Shown here piece by piece: positions 1-13,303 of a DNA stretch of 64,000 nucleotides. The stretch is from Flectonema sp. DT1601. Taxonomy: Eukaryota. Position 1 is the stretch's first letter, and every line of letters starts with the position of its first letter. The position numbers and the translations under genes are program-made. The notes beneath the pieces were generated by a model. That model searched no databases, was not told the DNA's origin, and was given only the letters and a program-made list of their open reading frames with translations. The stretch covers positions 1,240,001 through 1,304,000 of the forward strand of contig OZ025793.1 of assembly GCA_964019425.1 (NCBI GenBank), written 5' to 3'.

Positions 1-310
1 GAAATGGTTACGTCAGCATGCTGATATGAGAATCGTTTTGATTGGTAGAGAACATGACACGTCTCATGTTGGTGAGCCATCGAGATTCAAAATGCAAACT
101 ACATCACCGTATTCAGCGATACAACCGTTTGCAAGAGCTCGTATTGATCTTCCTGCAGGGGGATACACATATACAAATAGTAAGGGGAAGAGTGTCGTTG
201 CTAATTTTGGGTCTGTAATGTACATTTGTGGAAGACCACTCCAGCAGGGAGATGAAGTACTTCAGAAAATAGTCGATAACTTTATGACTAATGATGTTAG
301 TGTTGTTTGA
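1..310 (+). CDS. 3' part of a hypothetical protein (likely truncated by the window edge)
   Basis: Protein-like reading frame ending in TGA TAA, followed by A-rich non-coding sequence. Confidence 0.5.
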   Translation, partial: KWLRQHADMRIVLIGREHDTSHVGEPSRFKMQTTSPYSAIQPFARARIDLPAGGYTYTNSKGKSVVANFGSVMYICGRPLQQGDEVLQKIVDNFMTNDVSVV

Positions 311-617
311 TAAGACAAGTTAAGTGTACTAAAAAAAAAAAAAATAATAATCATAATAATCATATTAATAATTAATTGTCCCTCATCGTCATCTCTATGC
401 CTGTATGGTTTCTTTTGTAATTAGACTTTTAGCGGTGCGTTTTTTTCTCTTTTTTTCTTCTTTGATTTGTTCTGTTTTATAAAAACCCTTTCCGCAGTGA
501 AGTAGATTCCGTCAGATCATGCGGCCTGGACTGTCGTGTGGAGATATCTTTGTAAGGAAACCAGTTCAATCATCTCTTCAATTGTTTTCAGTTTTACACA
601 TTCTTCCCTTCACAAAA

Positions 618-956
618 ATGGATGTTTATTTTAATATGAAAGACAGCGTCAGACGTCATCGGTCAAACAATCGAAAAAAAAAATGGAATTTGATGGGAAA
701 GTGGACGTCAACTACAAAGACAACGGCTCTCATTAATGAATGGTCACTCGAGGCAATGACTAGTTGGAAAATATCAAACAGAATGCCAGCAAGTCAGGAA
801 AAGATGTACGACCACTGCTACAATCACCACATGACATATGACAATAGAGGTAATCGAGGAAAGGTAAAAGAAAGATACAGCGAATGTAACAAAAAGAAGC
901 TATTGCTGAAACTAAAACTTAGTCAGATTGCTGTAGACGATTTGAAACGTTTTTAA
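618..956 (+). CDS. small basic hypothetical protein
   Basis: ATG at 618 follows a pyrimidine-rich stretch with an upstream TTTTCAG; 112 aa, Lys/Arg-rich; same strand as neighbours. Confidence 0.45.
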   Translation: MDVYFNMKDSVRRHRSNNRKKKWNLMGKWTSTTKTTALINEWSLEAMTSWKISNRMPASQEKMYDHCYNHHMTYDNRGNRGKVKERYSECNKKKLLLKLKLSQIAVDDLKRF

Positions 957-1249
957 TTGACGTTGTTCACTTTTTTTTTAAACTCTGGAATCGGATAAGG
1001 GGAATCCATTATTCCCTCTTCTCCCGTTGTGATTAAAACCCTAACCCTTTAATCACAAAGATTCACCCTATTTCATCCTTTATGAACGGATCGTTAGTTT
1101 ATCACTCCGGGTGTTGTATTAAATAATATCACTTCACCCCCCCCCTCATGACTTACAGAGAGTGTTAGCATTTACTTTAGTCAGCTTTATCGTTCCAATG
1201 AATTCCTTTAATATTATTGTGGTTATTATTATTCTCAAGAAGAACACAC

Positions 1250-1969
1250 ATGGCTTCAGCTCTGATTTTCTCGGCCCTATGCGTTGGGATTCCCGACATG
1301 CCTGACTTGGCTACTATCGGAGTAGGAGGTCCTCAAATGCCTCATATCGATTCTCCGAGTGCCGTCTCTGACCCAATCCCAATGCATGAGAGCGGAGGAG
1401 AAAAACCAGTCTTTGAAAAGGTTGAAATGGAGAAGACGGAGAGTGGTGAGGCTGGTGAGTACTATAACCTGGCACAGTTTTTGAAAGACTCGGTTGGGTA
1501 TTTTCCGAAGAAGAAAATGGAAGCAGGTGAAGGGTTTCAGTTAAGCTGTCCGGATACAAGTAATGAGGATCATTGCACGTATTACATCACTGTACAGAAG
1601 AAGTGTGATTGTACTGGTGATGTTGACGGTGGGCTCACAGAAGTACTTTCGAAAGATAAGCAAGTGAAATTAATGGGGAGTTGTGGTGGCTTATTCGGTT
1701 CTGGAAGAGCTCCTACTGACACTTTTAGAATTGAGCTTCAGAATGGGGGGAAGTTTTTTACTTATCTCACTTCCCCTTCTGAAACTGTTGGTGTTTGGGA
1801 CGGATCCTACTTCAGATGTGATTCTCTCCTTTCACGGAGGTGTGCAAAGCGCTTCGACTGCAATCTACCAGAGGAATCGGGCTGCGAAAACAACGATGTC
1901 CTCTGCCCTCCTGTAAAGGAAAGCGCCTGCTCTGCATTCTGCCACAAACAATCAGAGGAAGAGCTTTAA
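1250..1969 (+). CDS. Cys-rich, probably secreted hypothetical protein
   Basis: Hydrophobic N-terminus MASALIFSALCVG; many Cys residues, clustered at the C-terminus. Confidence 0.7.
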   Translation: MASALIFSALCVGIPDMPDLATIGVGGPQMPHIDSPSAVSDPIPMHESGGEKPVFEKVEMEKTESGEAGEYYNLAQFLKDSVGYFPKKKMEAGEGFQLSCPDTSNEDHCTYYITVQKKCDCTGDVDGGLTEVLSKDKQVKLMGSCGGLFGSGRAPTDTFRIELQNGGKFFTYLTSPSETVGVWDGSYFRCDSLLSRRCAKRFDCNLPEESGCENNDVLCPPVKESACSAFCHKQSEEEL

Positions 1970-2385
1970 TCCGTTATGATAATAATTAACATCACAACTC
2001 CGTCTTGCGAAGATAATTTATGAAAAACAGAACATGGCGACACTTTGGAGATGTTCCTTCGAAGTTAAGTTGCCGTGGGATGGTTTCTCATTAATGTTTT
2101 ATTTCTTTTATTTTACTTCTTTTTTTTTTCTCTTCTTTTCTTTGTATGTGAATCTTTATTGGGGAGAATACCCTCCTTCAGAATCCTGCTGGTCTACCTC
2201 GTTTCCCAGTGGATTAGTGTTTAGCCATTTAGTCGTGCGAGTTACCAGCCCATTGCAAGTCTGGGCAGCGAAACGACACATCTTGTGGATCGTAAGCTGT
2301 ATTGTTTTGGTTTCGTACGATTGACCTCTGTAGACAATTCTTATCTTTCACAGAGTAGTGCAGCCACCACGAGAAATGCTGAAGA

Positions 2386-5300
2386 ATGAATAGGATGAGT
2401 AAGGTTGTGTGTAAGTGTAATATATTTATAATTCTTCAGCGGATGGCATTATGGAACGTTGGGTGTGGGACAAGCTCCAGCAGTGTCGGGAAGACACGAC
2501 ACTCGTATGGGAAAAGTACGCCGGGATGGCTGAGAAGATTGGTTGCGAAAAAGCATACATGCACTGCGCTATGGGAGATTGCAGGAAACTCTGGGATGAA
2601 CTAATGGAATGCGTACCTGAAAAGAAAGAAGTCATCATGGGAACCATTCCAGATGAAGAGTACGAAAACCTACAGCGACTGTGCGCAAGACTCCGACAGA
2701 CAGTTCGAAATCAGAACCAAACCGCCTACCAGGTATTAGAAGTTCTAAAAGGAAAGATTCACCGACAGACTACAACTATTGATTACATTCATAACACACT
2801 TAATAAAGAAATAGTTCTACTTAGAGAACAATTATTTAGAATGTATCATCCTGACAGTGATACTGAATTCAGTTCTGAGGAGTTTTCATTAATTGACTTC
2901 GTTAAGTACGCTGACAACAGTTTAAAGGAAGCAGCTGGTGCCATTGCGAGTTCATTGAAAGAGCACAGAGTAACGTCAACAGAAGTTGATGGAAGATCCA
3001 GTGCGCAGGTCAGTGCAGATCACAGAGCCAACAGTAGAAAACGTGATCTTGAATGGCAGGCTCGTCTCGACAAGGAACGTGAAGATGCTCAAGAAAGCAC
3101 TCGACAACACCTCTCACAAATTGAAATGCTTCGTGCGCAATTAGCGGTCAAATCACTCACTCTGAGTAACGTGAGGAACAACACCGATACTGAAGTTTCA
3201 AAATTAAAAGAAGCTCACGAACAGAAAATGAGTATGCTCGGACAAGTATGTCACACTGATGTTAATTATCCCTAATGACTTTAAACAATAAATCAAACAA
3301 AAACTAATCAGGAAACAGAAAGTAAGATATCAGCAATGGCAGAGGAAAGGGATCTGCAATCAACAGAAGTTCGTGAAAGACTTGAGAGCCAACTTCATAA
3401 TTTAGTGAGAAGACAAACTCTTCAACAGAAGGAAAGCGAAACCGAAGCGCGTCTTAGAGATCAGATGTATGAAGAAACAGCAAGTGAGCATCTCGCAGAT
3501 CAGGAACAGAGTTCGCAACATCACAAACGTCAGATTGACGCGGCTCGTAAAGAAATCGAAACAATAAAACAACGAAATGCTATCCAACAACAGAACATGA
3601 TACTTGAGTGGCAGACTGGTATGTTATCAATTCCGACCAAAGTCTTCCCTTCCAAGATCTCCCTGGCGATAACCCCACAGCCGAAGCATGCGTTAGCCTC
3701 CTAATTAAGGATTCTAATCCTCCAGAAGAAATCTTCGAAAGAATTTACTTCAGATATCTTCTGAAGCCTTTCAGCTATCGCTACTAATGGTTGGAATTTC
3801 CAGTTTAACATAATTTGTGTGAAACAATCCTCTTAGGATTGAGTTCAATCTATTTCCCCTTAATGGGGCGCTCAACCTGTAGTACGTGGTCCCCGAATCC
3901 CCATATTCGACAGCACATATGGGATTTTTTATCGCTACCAATTGTTGATTTTCTTATATTGCAACCAGGTTTGAAGGGGCCAGCTGTTTCCGCGGTATTC
4001 ATTCTGCCTGTCTGTAGGATCAAGAGAGGCCTTGCTTCATTGAGGAGGGTAGTTAACTTTTCCGGTGCTCCCCTGCAAGGTGAGTGCGATCACATGGCCC
4101 GGGGTTGTCCCGTTCCTTCCTGTCACCACTGGTGCTTCCCAACAAACAAAGCTCCATTTCAGGTCGTCTGCCATGGCTTGTAAGGCCAGTGCGTCTCCCC
4201 ACCTGTCTGTTCTGAGCGTATTGAGGTATGCTTCCGTAGTTTCTGTGTCTGAGAAAAAGCATTGGCTGAACACTTCTTGGTTTCTCGACAAACCGAACCC
4301 TATTCTCGTTTAGCCAGTTTCAAGTTGCTCTCCATTTAATATTAGAATCAAGTTATTCCTAAAAATCGTCTTTGATCCACCAAGCTATTAATCGGTGACT
4401 TTGTTGGAACCTCTCTCTAATTAATAATAACAACAGTACTCAAAGGGATGAAAGATGACCAAGCTGATGAGTTGGGCCACTTGGCAGCTGCAAATAAAGA
4501 TCTGTTTACCTTGTCGCAAAATTTAGCAAACGAACTTGCTACTTGTAAGGAAGCATTAAAAAATACTGAAAGAAATGCTGAGGTCAGGGCTCGAACTGAA
4601 GCAGCAAAGATGCTGACCGACGATCATCAAAAGGCGAAAGCTATTGCTGCGGATTATGCGTTGCTGTTAGAGAAGTATGAAATATTAAAAACTCATTGCA
4701 ATGAATTAGATTCTCGGTTACGAACTATACCAGAGAGCGTGTTACCATCTCCGAAGGGTAAGATGCAACCTGTTATGGAAACTGTTGATGCGGAATCGCA
4801 GACTAATGAAATAGATATAGAACTACTTCCAGCTTGCTTTCAGTCGAGAACAGATATGTCAGAACAGCAAGACAGTCCACAAGAAGAGAAGCAACAAAAT
4901 AGAAAACTCTCTGATGTCATTGCAGTATCAGAATCACTCCATTCAACTAGCTGTGTGATGCTACTCAGTAGTGGAGAAGTTGGTCGTATAGTTGACATGT
5001 CTGAAGATACTACTACTGTTCAATTCCTACAGAATGGGAAAACAACAATATTTCGTAACACTGCTGCAAGTCGACCCCTAAAACAGCTGACCATCGAAGA
5101 CTCTCTTCAAGAAGAACGATCAGTTTTAACAAAACTAACAAATCTGATAAAACAAAGATACGGAAGAACTGATGTTGGAGACGTCGTTAGACTTCTGTCA
5201 ATGAATGAAAACTATTATGAAGTAAAGAACCTTACTGGTGGACCTATGGAGCAACTTAAGTGCACTGATGTTGAAGTGTTGCCTTTATGTGAAGTTATTG

Positions 5301-8300
5301 AGATGGATAGAGATAGACTTCGAAAAATAGATGAGCACTACGCTGATAATCCTTTAGTATACGATGCAACAACATCTGAGACTGGATTTCTGATTAGGAC
5401 AGAAACCTCTGCGACCTTCCGAAATTTGCGAACTGGTGAATCAACAGACATATCCAACCGCATCCCCATTTTAAAGATCCTCGATCCTGGATCAGCCTGG
5501 TCAAGTATCAGAACATTTTGTACACAACTTCATAACTCTTTTCCTCAACAGTCTGACCCTGTTGCGTTTCCTAAACTACTCAACCTACTTCACACTCATA
5601 TATTTAATAATGGAATAGCGACTGTTAGTAATAGTGATGATAAGTATTCAATTATATCTCTGGATCCTGACACTGGAGATAGAGAATTAGAAAATATCAT
5701 AACAGGTAACGTTGATACCTATCCAGCTAGTGAGGTAACAGTTCTTGGGGTAGAGGCTTATTTTAATCATTTGGTGAATCCGAATGATAAAACAGAATCT
5801 GATGAAAGCATAGAACCGTTATCAGAACAACTCGATCAACTGATACGAGAATATGGTTTCTTAAGAACTCCTCAGGGAATTGGACTTGTCTACAGAACTA
5901 AAGTTTCTGAAAGACATGTGTCACAAGTACCATTGAAAAGCTCATTCAACGACAGAAGGAAATCAAAAGCCAGAACATCAACAATCTCTTTAGACGCTTC
6001 TCAAGGGGGAGTTAGTCGAAAAGGAGTCTTGTCATTTGAGTTTTTGAAAGCGATCATGGCTGAGCCAGGAACTGAAGTTAATCTCATAGACTCGAATATA
6101 TTAAAATACCAAGACCTTGTATCTGGTGACATCTATGAATTACCTGATGAAAGTACTCCCCTACTTGACATCTCTTCTACTCTCAGACTGTACCACAGAT
6201 TACTTAGTCATAATTTATCTATTTTATTTGGTTCTGGTTCTGAACAATCGAGCTGTAAGGATGTCATAGGCTGGCTTTCAGTTCTCAAAAAACCAACTAA
6301 GGGATATCGAACAACTCGTGCGCTGTCTGCGAATCGGAGTTGTCGAGTTGTAATATGTGAGCCAGGGACACCTCATGAGATTGTCACGTTGGATTCTTCG
6401 CAAATAACAAGAACTTCAGCATCCCATCCATACAGTGTTTTAACTAATGATTACAGAGAAGGTATGTTTTTATATATCTAAAGCGTTTTTTACGTTTTTG
6501 ACGTCAACATAACATCATGAAAACAGGTTATATCATTGAGTGCATTACATCTTCATACACATATGAAGGGAACGATGGAGATGTTGAAGTCGCCGACTCG
6601 TCAGATTCAAAACTGATCTACGGATCTGAGTCAATGCTGGCAGAAAATGAAAGTTTTCTATCAATTAAAAAACAGGTTAAGGATCTTGGTTATGTTCGAC
6701 ATACTTCTGGTGTGGTTGGAAGGATTATTCCATCATCAAATAACAACACTACGACACTTCACTCTATAGGTGGAGGTCTTGCAATGGATGAGTCCGTCAA
6801 GGAATCAGATTTACAATACTTGGCTCCAACTGACTGTTTGCTTAAACTTCATAAAACCATTCAATCGCTGATATATTGGGTTTCTTGTAGTGGGTTTGCG
6901 GTTATCAACTCCTCCTTTTACAAACAAGTATCTGCCAGGATTCTAACTAAGCAACTTGCTTCTTATACTTGTGCTGTTATCTCACAGAGACCTTCGGGTG
7001 AGAATGTTCAAAAAGAATACCCAAATGAAGAAGATATTCTCATGAATGAAGTCATAGTAGATGAAAAAGATTTATGCTTCATGGGAATACAACAAACATT
7101 AGAAATGTACAACAGAATCGTGCAAGACATACATAGCTTTGTAGTAAATGAAGGCATTTGTAGCATTAAAGACAAAGGATACGGACGTGCACAAGTCAGG
7201 TCCCCAACCGAACGTGCAGTCCGGTTATTGGTTAGTGGTGATTGTATTTCTGTAAGTAGGAATGAATTGGATTGGTTGTGGTTTCCTTCTTCTACTTATA
7301 TTGAGAGATTCTTTCAAAAACAACATATTAAAAGATTAGAAAATGATGTATCATCACTGACTGAAACTGCACTTCAATACATCGAATGCGGTCGACGAAG
7401 TACATTCGTCACTCAACAGAATCACACCACTGAGTCATTAGATCCCCTCGACAGTAGTAAACAAGATTCTGATCTACAAAACCTACGAGAGGCTATTCAG
7501 AATATCAGTAATGACCACAACCTACCAAAACAATTCGAATCTAAACAATCCCAAACTACTTTAGCACCAACTGATCACCCTTCACGTAAATCAATTCTAA
7601 GAAGACCACAAACAGCCAGCACCTCTACAAGAGTTCCAATATTACGTCATGAAAGTGAAGTATCATTTAGTTTAGACAGACCAAGGACTCGAGTCGCTCG
7701 AATTGAATCAGCGAATCCATCTCTTCGATCTGAGAGCAGTATTTACAGTGAATCACTTCCTGAAGGCCTATTCGAAGAAGATGAGGAACCATACGAAGAG
7801 CGAACAGATGAGGAGTCGCAGTCTGAAACACAATCGCGACGCGAGTCGCAGTCTGAAACACAATCGCGACGCGAGTCGCAGTCTGAAACACAATCCCGAC
7901 GCGAGTCGCAGTCTGAAACACAATCCCGATGCGAGTCGCAGTCTGAAACGCAATCGCGACGCGAGTCGCAGTCCGAAACGCAATCCCGATGCGAGTCGCA
8001 GTCCGAAACTCTGTCAGGACATGAGTCGCAGTGTGACACACGGTCCGAAGCTCTGTTCCGACACGAGTCACAGCGAATTTCACAACCCGAATCAGAGTAC
8101 GAAGTAGCAGATAAGAGTGCTCTTGTAAACGAGATGACCCCAACTAGGATTACCTGCAAAGATAGCTTAGCAATGCCCAGCATGCTAACACAAGATGAGA
8201 GGCAGCGGACTACTGCTGTCACTCGTGTTCAACAAAAGCAGTCGTTCAGAAATAATGTTCCAAACCTAGAAATCTATACCAACAGTGGATCATTTCCAGT

Positions 8301-9336
8301 TGATGAGTTGAAAAGAGAGAGTTCTGGTGTCGTGACAGACAGGACTGGGGAATCCGTCAAACCTCTGCGGGTAAAGCATAGTCTTCCTATGGGGATAACA
8401 AAAACAACAGCAACACCAACAGTTGTTCCTAGCCAGCAATCTGATTTCTGGAAATCTTCCTTCGTCACAAGAAAGAGAACTATTGAAGGTACTATTGGCG
8501 CTGCATCAGACGCTGTGAGTGTTGGTGATGAAATTATAAGACATCCGGAACCACCTGGTACTTCAATGGTTAATCGTAATAGTTATGCTAGTAGATCTTC
8601 AGCTTCAAGTGGCAGGTCGAGTAGAAATACTTTTGGTGACTTTGCGTCATTCGAAATTGACTGTCACAGCTCTCGCACGTCTGCGAAGTCTTCGCGCACT
8701 TCTTCGGGTATGCGCAGTCTTTGGGAGGAACCGATGCAGTCTTTAGGCGAAGAAGGGAAGAGACACGATTCTGACCTTCAAACAGCAGAAGAACTTACGG
8801 AAAATCACATCGATAACGAAGAGAAAGAATTACCGACTACTCCCCCACGTCGTAGACCCAGTTCTGGAGTTACTATCGGAGGCACTAAGAAGCCAACTGA
8901 ATTGGAAGTCGGTATTGCGGTAGTGATGACCAGCGTGAAGCTACTCAAGCGAGTAGGAAAAGGAAAAATAATAAATAAAACTCCAAAAGCTGCTGTCAAT
9001 TTGACTTCAATTGAAGATGTTCCTCATCAACAGCCTGATGAACTTCCATCAGCAACTAAACAACTCGATTTCGAAGCAATTCCACAACAGTCGAGTATCA
9101 AAGCAACAAAAACTCCACCTCCGAATCCGGCATTGCGATACCAACAACGCCTTCAAAGGAAAGCTCGTGAAAGTCGTTCAGAATCAGACCCAAACCAGCT
9201 TTGGGAAGAACAGATTGTGGAGGAAGTAGTCGCTGTGACTGAAAAGAAAAGCGACAGGAGGAAATCCCAACAAAAGATTACTGCGTTTCATCGGAAGAAG
9301 AGTCAAGTTATGGACCCTTCTTCCTTTGGATTATAA
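2386..9336 (+). CDS. large multi-exon protein (N-terminal coiled coil, disordered C-terminus); exons ~2386-2398, 2440-3245, 3312-3618, 4437-6461, 6527-9336
   Basis: Four ORF-track segments join in frame through GTATGT...CAG introns (phases checked); the first micro-exon is less certain. Confidence 0.75.
3864..4360. repeat. intronic copy of dispersed repeat C, split by a ~320-bp insert (3973-4292)
   Basis: Near-identical to ~53471-53645; the insert separates AACCAGGTTTG from CCGAACCC. Confidence 0.8.
7813..8070 (+). repeat. 30-bp coding minisatellite encoding (ESQSETQSRR/C)n, about 6 good units plus degenerate ones
   Basis: GAGTCGCAGTCTGAAACACAATCGCGACGC units seen directly. Confidence 0.9.
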
Positions 9337-9585
9337 ATGTTTATTGCAATTAGTAAACTTAATTAACATTAGTTGTATGATATCTTAAATCCATTCGGTT
9401 CGTTTCTAAGAAGTCACTTACACTGAATTCAGTTTTAATTTTCAAAAGTGTCGCATCTTACGTTCGAAGAATAATTATTTTAATTTTCTCACAGGAAACA
9501 TGTGAAGAGCCAGTTTCTAGTAATAGTCAATCTGGTTGTTGATGTTGTTGACGTCATTTTGAATAACAGTTATCAAAAAAGTAAA

Positions 9586-11004
9586 ATGTCTGACATCGAG
9601 GGAAAGAGATTTGTTTTTAAAGGAACACTTTTAAGTTCAAGAGATGATGCTGCTGCTGCCGTAAATGCTGCGGGTGGTCTGGTGCAAAAGAATATTTCAA
9701 AGGCGACAGATGTTGTTGTCGCCAGCACTGATGTAGACACCTCAAACTACACCACTACTGTGTGGACTCCGGAGAAGTTTGCTGAAGTGTTGGGAGTGTC
9801 ACCAGCATCTGCAAACTCGACACCAGGAAAGAAAAACAAGAAAATGTCAGAAGACGACCTTCTCTTGGAACGCCTCAAGCAGGTTACTGCATCAAACAGC
9901 GGTCTTAAGAAGTCCGATAAGAAGGACTCAAAGAAAGATAGGCAGGATAAGAAGAAGGCACTCATTCAACAAAAGCAAGACATGAGAGAGATGCAGGCTG
10001 AAGAAGCAAGAAAGAGAACAGCTCCATATGAACAATTGTTGGAGTTGTTGAGAAGCAGACAAATGACTTCCGACTACTTAGAAACCCCAAAAACTGACAA
10101 GGAAGTTGAGGAGGTAGAAGATGATAGATTTATGGGTTCTTCTGTTGCTATGCAGGCATGGAGAATCAGCATGGAGGATGCTCACATTATGAAACTTCAG
10201 AAATCTGATGATGACATTGCGATATTCTCTGTCTTTGATGGACACAGTGGTACTGATGTTGCTATCTACGCAGCTGAGAACTTGGAAGAGATCCTCAAGA
10301 AGCAACCAGAGTTTGATGCTAAGGACTACCCAGCAGCACTTACCAAAACTTTCATCCAACTGGATGACCAGATGAGAGCGGAATCAAAGACCGCGGGATC
10401 AACAGCAACTGTCTGTATTGTTACAAAGGATACAATCTACTGCGCTAACTCTGGTGACAGTAGAGCTGTTCTTTGTGAAGACGGTAAGACTGTTGAGTGC
10501 TCTGAAGACCACAAACCTGATCTACCTGGAGAGACTGCTCGTATTGAAGCAGCAGGAGGAACTGTTGTTGATGCTGGTGGTATCCCTCGTGTTAACGGAT
10601 CTCTTGCTGTCTCAAGAGGTCTTGGTGACTTCAGCTTTAAGGCTGGACAGGACCTTCCTCCACAAAACCAGCAGGTAACCTGCGTGCCTGATATCCGTTC
10701 CTTCCCAATCACTGATAAGACTGACTTCTTGGTCGTTGCCTGTGATGGTATTTGGGACTGTCTCTCTTCGGAAGAATGTGTTGAACGCGTCAAACCTGCT
10801 GTCGCCGAAGCAACCACCTCATCCGCACTTACTGCTGCAACTTCTAATGTCATGGATAGTATTTTGGTATGTTGTTTTATTATTTGATTAGTTTGATATT
10901 CACAATAAGAGAACACCAACACATAATAACCTTTACAGGCGCCTACCCGTAATAACATTGGTTCTGATAACATGTCGATGGTCGTCGTGAAGTTTAAGCA
11001 CTAA
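9586..11004 (+). CDS. protein phosphatase 2C (PPM family) with N-terminal BRCT-like domain; intron 10867-10938
   Basis: MQAWRISMEDAH, VFDGHSG, ANSGDSRAVL, DHKP, LAVSRGLGD, ACDGIWD, and GSDNMS after splicing; N-terminal GKRFVFKG...GG..QKNISKATDVVV. Confidence 0.92.
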
Positions 11005-12337
11005 GAAGTCAAGCAATTTCCCCTTCTCTCTGCCACATCACGAAAGTACCGGCCCCCTTCCCCATTTCCCCGTATAGCATTTTTGTAAAACGAAGGAAAT
11101 CCAGGAACCTTGCTTTAAAAAATGCATGTTTCACAAATTGTTTTTCTTTTTTTTCCTTCTTTTTTTTTTTTTTTTTTTTGCAGTCGGTTTACAGATACGA
11201 AAAAACACATCTCCCTGGAGACTTGTCGTACCTTTTGGTAAATTTGATGTGATTTCGTAGTGGATTATTCAAATTGAAGAACATTGTAACAGTCTGAGGA
11301 CCGGTAGCTTAGTTCATAAAAAGGGGAAGCGGTTTGGAACGGTGAGAAAAGCAGTGTACCTTATCAAGGAGAATGTGACAGAAAGGCCTTATTTTTATTA
11401 GAAGAACAAAAAAACTAAAGAAAAGAAAAAAAAAGAAATGGAACAACGGAAAGAAGTAGAAAACATCAGCTATTATCAAAAGTGTAGTAGTAGGCGGGGT
11501 ATTGTCCCTGTTGTTTACTTTGTGTCCTTTTTTTCATTTCTATAACTGTTCTATATCGAAGGCTCTCACAACTTGTATTGTTGGTTTATCGTGAACCATT
11601 ATTACATTTCTGGAGGGGAAAAAAAAAAAGAAAAAAAAAAAAAAATTATTAGTATTATTATTATTTTTTTGCTAAACGACGAAATCCATATGGCAATCCG
11701 TTCACTTTGAAAGTGATTAATAAAATAAGTTAATTGGGATATAAAAAAAAAAAGAGACCCATCTTTTAGTGTACTTTTAATCCCTTTTCTTTGATAGCGG
11801 TCAGCTAAACGAGTTTAGATATGTAGCTGTTTAGACCATTCGGTGATACCCGGCCTCTACGAGAGGCTCGATTCCCTCGATATCTTTGAGCAATGCATGG
11901 TCGTCGTACTCTATACGGAATTCTGTATAGTTTACGATTGATAAATAGTCCTATCACTATTAATGGTGTGAGACACAACAAATACGGTAATGAGGTAACT
12001 AAAATAGTACAAAAGATCAAAGAGATCATATTTTGGTTTTTTTTTTAAATAAAAAAAAAAACTTCACATTTGGAGGCTGATTGCAGCCGCAGTCAAAACC
12101 CCGAGAAGTTGACACCGTTATTAGTTTGTCATACCGGCTATTGGAGGTGTCTTAAAACATCTATCAATCTGTGGGTATCGACAATCCTTTATTTCCCTTC
12201 AGCAGACATCAATAAATTCTAATCGGTAGTCTGTACCATTGTCATCTTGTCAAGACTGGGGGCTGGTTAGAATTACGTTGTAGTATTCTTGTGGGTGTGT
12301 TTATCATTTATTATCAACAGACAATAAGTAACGAAAC

Positions 12338-13303
12338 ATGGCTCAGCTATACAAAAAGTGGACTCAGGTGTACAGTACCCTTGTATCGCCTATTACCTCT
12401 ACGAGGTTTATGGAAAAGGGTCAGCTAACTCCTGAAGAGTTCGTAGAAGCTGGTGATCAGCTGGTTTCCAAATGCCCAACATGGAAATGGACAGGATGTG
12501 AAGACGACAAGAAGGATGTTCACAAAACAATGCCAAGAGACAAACGGTATTTAGTTATGACCGGAGCCAGATGTGAAAAACGCGCTTCAGAAATGAACTG
12601 CGACGGAGAAGAAGAAGAAGTAGAAGGAGACTGGACAAATACATTTATAGGCATGCAGAGCTCCCAGCAAGAAACTGCAGAAATGACTGACGCACCAGCT
12701 GCATCAGCTTCTAAGAATGATGACAGTGACAGTGATAGCGCACCAGACATGGATATGGATAATGACGGTGGTGGTGTTTTGGAAGATGAAGAAGATCCTT
12801 CTGCTGTGACCTCAGCAGCTGTTGTACTCGCTAGAAACTACGACATCCATATATTGTATGATAACTACCATTACACTCCTAGGGTATACCTTCAGGGATA
12901 TAATGAAAAGGGTGATCGTCTTACTAACAGTGAAATGTTCGAAGATATTTACAAAGACTACATGGACAAGACTGCTACTATTGAAACCCATCCTTACACA
13001 GAAGCACCAATGGTGTCAATCCATCCTTGTCGTCATGCTGAGACAATGAAAAGTATGATTGAACGTCTTCGTGATGCCCACGAAACCAGACTTATCGAAG
13101 CAGGTGCTGATGAAAGCGAAATCGCAACGTTTGGCGTTAGCCCAGACAAGGCGTTATTTATTTTCCTCAAGGTATGTTTTGTAGTGTTACTTATATTAGA
13201 CTGCTGAACTTCTTTGTTTCAGTTGAGAACATACAAAAAACAGTTCATTTCGTCTGTCATCCCTACAATCAACTACGACTACACTACTACCGTTGAGCTT
13301 TAG
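12338..13303 (+). CDS. ATG3: autophagy E2-like enzyme ATG3; intron 13172-13243
   Basis: GQLTPEEFVEAGDQLVSKCPTWKW, acidic flexible region, catalytic HPCRHA, spliced C-terminus FLKFISSVIPTINYDYT. Confidence 0.95.

Noticed and set aside
1036..1050. Telomere-like ACCCTAACCCT
   Set aside because: Fewer than two full units; consistent with chance
4300..4358. U2 snRNA similarity (TTCTCG..TTTAGC..TCAAGTT)
   Set aside because: Patchy match with no stem I or Sm site recognisable
7667..8222. Several overlapping repeat ORFs and a CRISPR-like periodicity
   Set aside because: A 30-bp coding minisatellite with no unique spacers, in a eukaryotic context
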